DNA of 63,521 nucleotides, the filler included, from Lenisia limosa (taxonomy: Eukaryota; Protista; Breviatea), in the NCBI GenBank assembly GCA_001655205.1. It is 10 parts of 10 records of this genome, joined end to end, with 100 filler letters (N's around TTAATTAATTAA, not from the genome) between each part and the next. Parts side by side here need not be neighbours in the genome. Positions count along the whole stretch, not along the records: positions 58,674 to 61,831 come from LPNZ01008369.1; positions 61,932 to 63,521 come from LPNZ01007452.1; 8 more parts are not named here. The stretch is one strand, 5' to 3'. Under the pieces are notes generated by a model. It saw only the letters and a list, made by a program, of their open reading frames with translations, was not told the DNA's origin and ran no database searches. A program made the translations under genes and the position numbers. Of this stretch, positions 61,601 to 63,521 are shown one piece after another (position 1 is the stretch's first letter; each line of letters starts with the position of its first letter).

Positions 61601-61810
61601 ATTTATCGCGAATTCAGTATTTTTTGGGACCGTAGGGAAGCCCTAGATATTCAGATGATATAATTATACACCCCACCCCCCAACCGTGGAGGCGGCACAT
61701 AGGCTGGGAGGTGTTCAGAGCCCGGCATGGGACATGCGGCAGCCACGTGCTCATTACGCCAGGCGCTGACGCCAAGATTGAAGATTTCGATAATGAGCTG
61801 TGAGAGGGAG
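58674..61810 (-). CDS. Divergent dynein heavy chain, stalk and microtubule-binding region (internal fragment)
   Basis: Exon order: coiled coil ASLRLTSASRDILQGIDREI|RALGPEVEQL; REITALTPDEVVYLRENGGNDPK|VSRALEALAAIFDKRPTLSEGKALLANP|LRESLLTFD; DFAPSAIPAVHPAARAIVSWIVA, comparable to the dynein MTBD consensus VxxVMEAVCIL..KP.W..AKKLL, FLxxLxxFD and F.PE.V..VS.AA..LC.WV.A. Confidence 0.65.
59780..59850. repeat. Short tandem repeat, about 28 bp x 3
   Basis: ACACATATAAT(A/G)CCGCT(A/G)TACCTAA repeated in an intron. Confidence 0.85.
60761..60794. repeat. Dispersed repeat family F (also at about 24-56)
   Basis: GCCCAAGCCAGTCGCTTCTGCAGCACAGCATCCC versus GCCCAGGCAAGTCGCTTCTGCAGCACTGCATCCC. Confidence 0.7.
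61057..61095. repeat. Dispersed repeat family E (also 60709-60750 and 62808-62850 reverse)
   Basis: AAAATCAACTCTGTTGGCTGACA..(A/C)GAGGGTTG in three places. Confidence 0.8.
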
Positions 61811-61958
61811 TGTTTAATGAGAGTGGGTAGGNNNNNNNNNNNNNNNNNNNNNNNNNNNNNNNNNNNNNNNNNNNNTTAATTAATTAANNNNNNNNNNNNN
61901 NNNNNNNNNNNNNNNNNNNNNNNNNNNNNNNCCCCCCCCCCCACAGTGCCCCTCCGTA

Positions 61959-62987
61959 GATCTCGAGATTGCTGTCAAGCCCTCCGATGAGGTTAAAGCC
62001 GAACAGCAAGTCTTCAAGTGCCCGGATGGCCAAAAGGTAGGGGGTATTTAAACAGTTCGGAATTATTATTTTAAGATACTATATGATGAGAGTAATCGGG
62101 ATTAGTATTAAAATACTAGCCAATAGAGGTGATTTTGTTATTGTTTTTTTGTCAATTTCCATTTTTGCTTTTTGCTTTGTTAGCACCTACTACATATTTA
62201 CTCATCCCCCCCCCCCCNNNNNNNNNNNNNNNNNNNNNNNNNNNNNNNNNNNNNNNNNNNNNNNNNNNNNNNNNNNNNNNNNNNNNNNNNNNNNNNNNNN
62301 NNNNNNNNNNNNNNNNNNNNNNNNNNNNNNNNNNNNNNNNNNNNNNNNNNNNNNNNNNNNNNNNNNNNNNNNNNNNNNNNNNNNNNNNNNNNNNNNNNNN
62401 NNNNNNNNNNNNNNNNNNNNNNNNNNNNNNNNNNNNNNNNNNNNNNNNNNNNNNNNNNNNNNNNNNNNNNNNNNNNNNNNNNNNNNNNNNNNNNNNNNNC
62501 ATTAGAAATCTTGGGGGAACAAATAAATACATAGGGAAACAAATGAAAAATGGAGGAGGTGATGCCATTCTCGATTTTTTTGATTCCTTCATTCATATTA
62601 TCATAGTCTTGCTCTCGATGTATGGGGGAGGGGGGGTGTCACTTCGGTTCTCAAAAAAGACCGAATTTCTCGATAAATCCTGGAAAACTATCGATATTTT
62701 CCCGAACCGAAATGAAGTCCTGGGAGAGTAGGAGGGGGGGTGTAGTTTTTGGTAGCAAGAGTTATATGACATGGTGTATTTCAAATTAGGAACAAATTTT
62801 TGTTTTGTTATCAACCCTCTTGTGTTGTCAGCCAACAGAGTTGATTTTGGCTTTTTATTGTTTTATTTAGTTTTCCAATTTTACCCACCCCCCCTCCAGG
62901 ACGCCTCGCCTGACGACTTCACAGTGGTCCATACCACCGCCGATGTTGCCACTTTAGCCAGTTACAAGTTCACTGTGCCTGTGGGTG
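61959..62987 (+). CDS. Hypothetical gene exon fragments
   Basis: AG/GT-bounded exons DLEIAVKPSDEVKAEQQVFKCPDGQK and DASPDDFTVVHTTADVATLASYKFTVP. Confidence 0.3.
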
Positions 62988-63521
62988 AAGTGTTATTGAT
63001 TGTTTTTGTTTTGCATGGTGTTTTTTTGGTTCCTGATTAGTCAAAAATTCCTTCGTTTCTCCTGTCACTCCCCCAATCTCCATTCTTTTCCCCATTGAAA
63101 AACGGTATTTCACTCCCTCCATTTGTTTCATAAATGTTTGCATTTTTGTGAAATTGAAAAACGGTCTTTGACCCCGCCCGCAGTCATCTTCGCCCCTTTG
63201 GCGTGTTTCCGCCTCAATTTCAGCCGACTTCCTTCTTGGGGGCAATATCGGGTATGATTGGGTCTCTTTTAAGCGTGATGGTGTGGACGGCTTCGGCTAG
63301 ATGCAACCTTGTTTTATTTCTCATTTGTAAATATCATATGATATAGCAGATTATAATCAACCAAATAATGTCTGGAAATGGCCCTTTTTTTGCAGTAAAG
63401 TCTCTATTGAAACTAGGGTCATAGAGATCCGGCGGTTGACTGTACACATAGTGGCGCACTAACATTTGTAGAGTCCTTCTCGAAACGGGAGAAAAGCAGG
63501 ACCTAACCGTTGTGCAGTGTG

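Noticed and set aside
21599-61887. Nine TTAATTAATTAA palindromes as a biological motif
   Set aside because: Always centred in exactly 44 N on each side; these are six-frame-stop linkers added in silico.
1393-62731. Many ORF-track entries containing X runs
   Set aside because: They are open only because N gaps lack stop codons; not evidence of genes.
1-63521. Alternative genetic code, rRNA, tRNA or telomere repeats
   Set aside because: Conserved genes end in TAG or TGA and showed no in-frame stops in the exons I translated; no rRNA, tRNA cloverleaf or telomeric array was recognised by eye (tRNAscan-SE/barrnap not run).

Overview
This window is not one locus. It is a pseudo-molecule of 10 small contigs joined by 100-bp artificial linkers (44 N + TTAATTAATTAA + 44 N). 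Nine contigs come from an AT-rich, very intron-dense, flagellated microbial eukaryote using the standard code. Its genes include a biosynthetic arginine decarboxylase, tectonic, a METTL21-family methyltransferase, ARPC2, WDR34, a MAP kinase, a WD40 protein, a class I SAM methyltransferase, a GATA factor, TRM11, a divergent dynein heavy-chain stalk region, two secreted proteins and decayed DDE transposase remnants. Its introns are full of short dispersed repeats and MITE-like elements. One contig (27959-37091) is bacterial, probably Bacteroidota (inferred). It carries a four-gene Wadjet/MksFEBG (JetABCD) operon followed by two orphan ORFs. The main finding is that these bacterial genes are separated by attC-like palindromic sites of about 125 bp (28476, 35142, 36176, 37078). 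Their 5' inverse cores complement the 3' core of the preceding site, as expected for integron gene cassettes. The whole Wadjet operon therefore appears to be a single cassette of about 6.67 kb in an integron-like array with a variant attC architecture. All gene calls come from manual translation and motif recognition; no database searches were run, and boundaries of the eukaryotic gene models are approximate.
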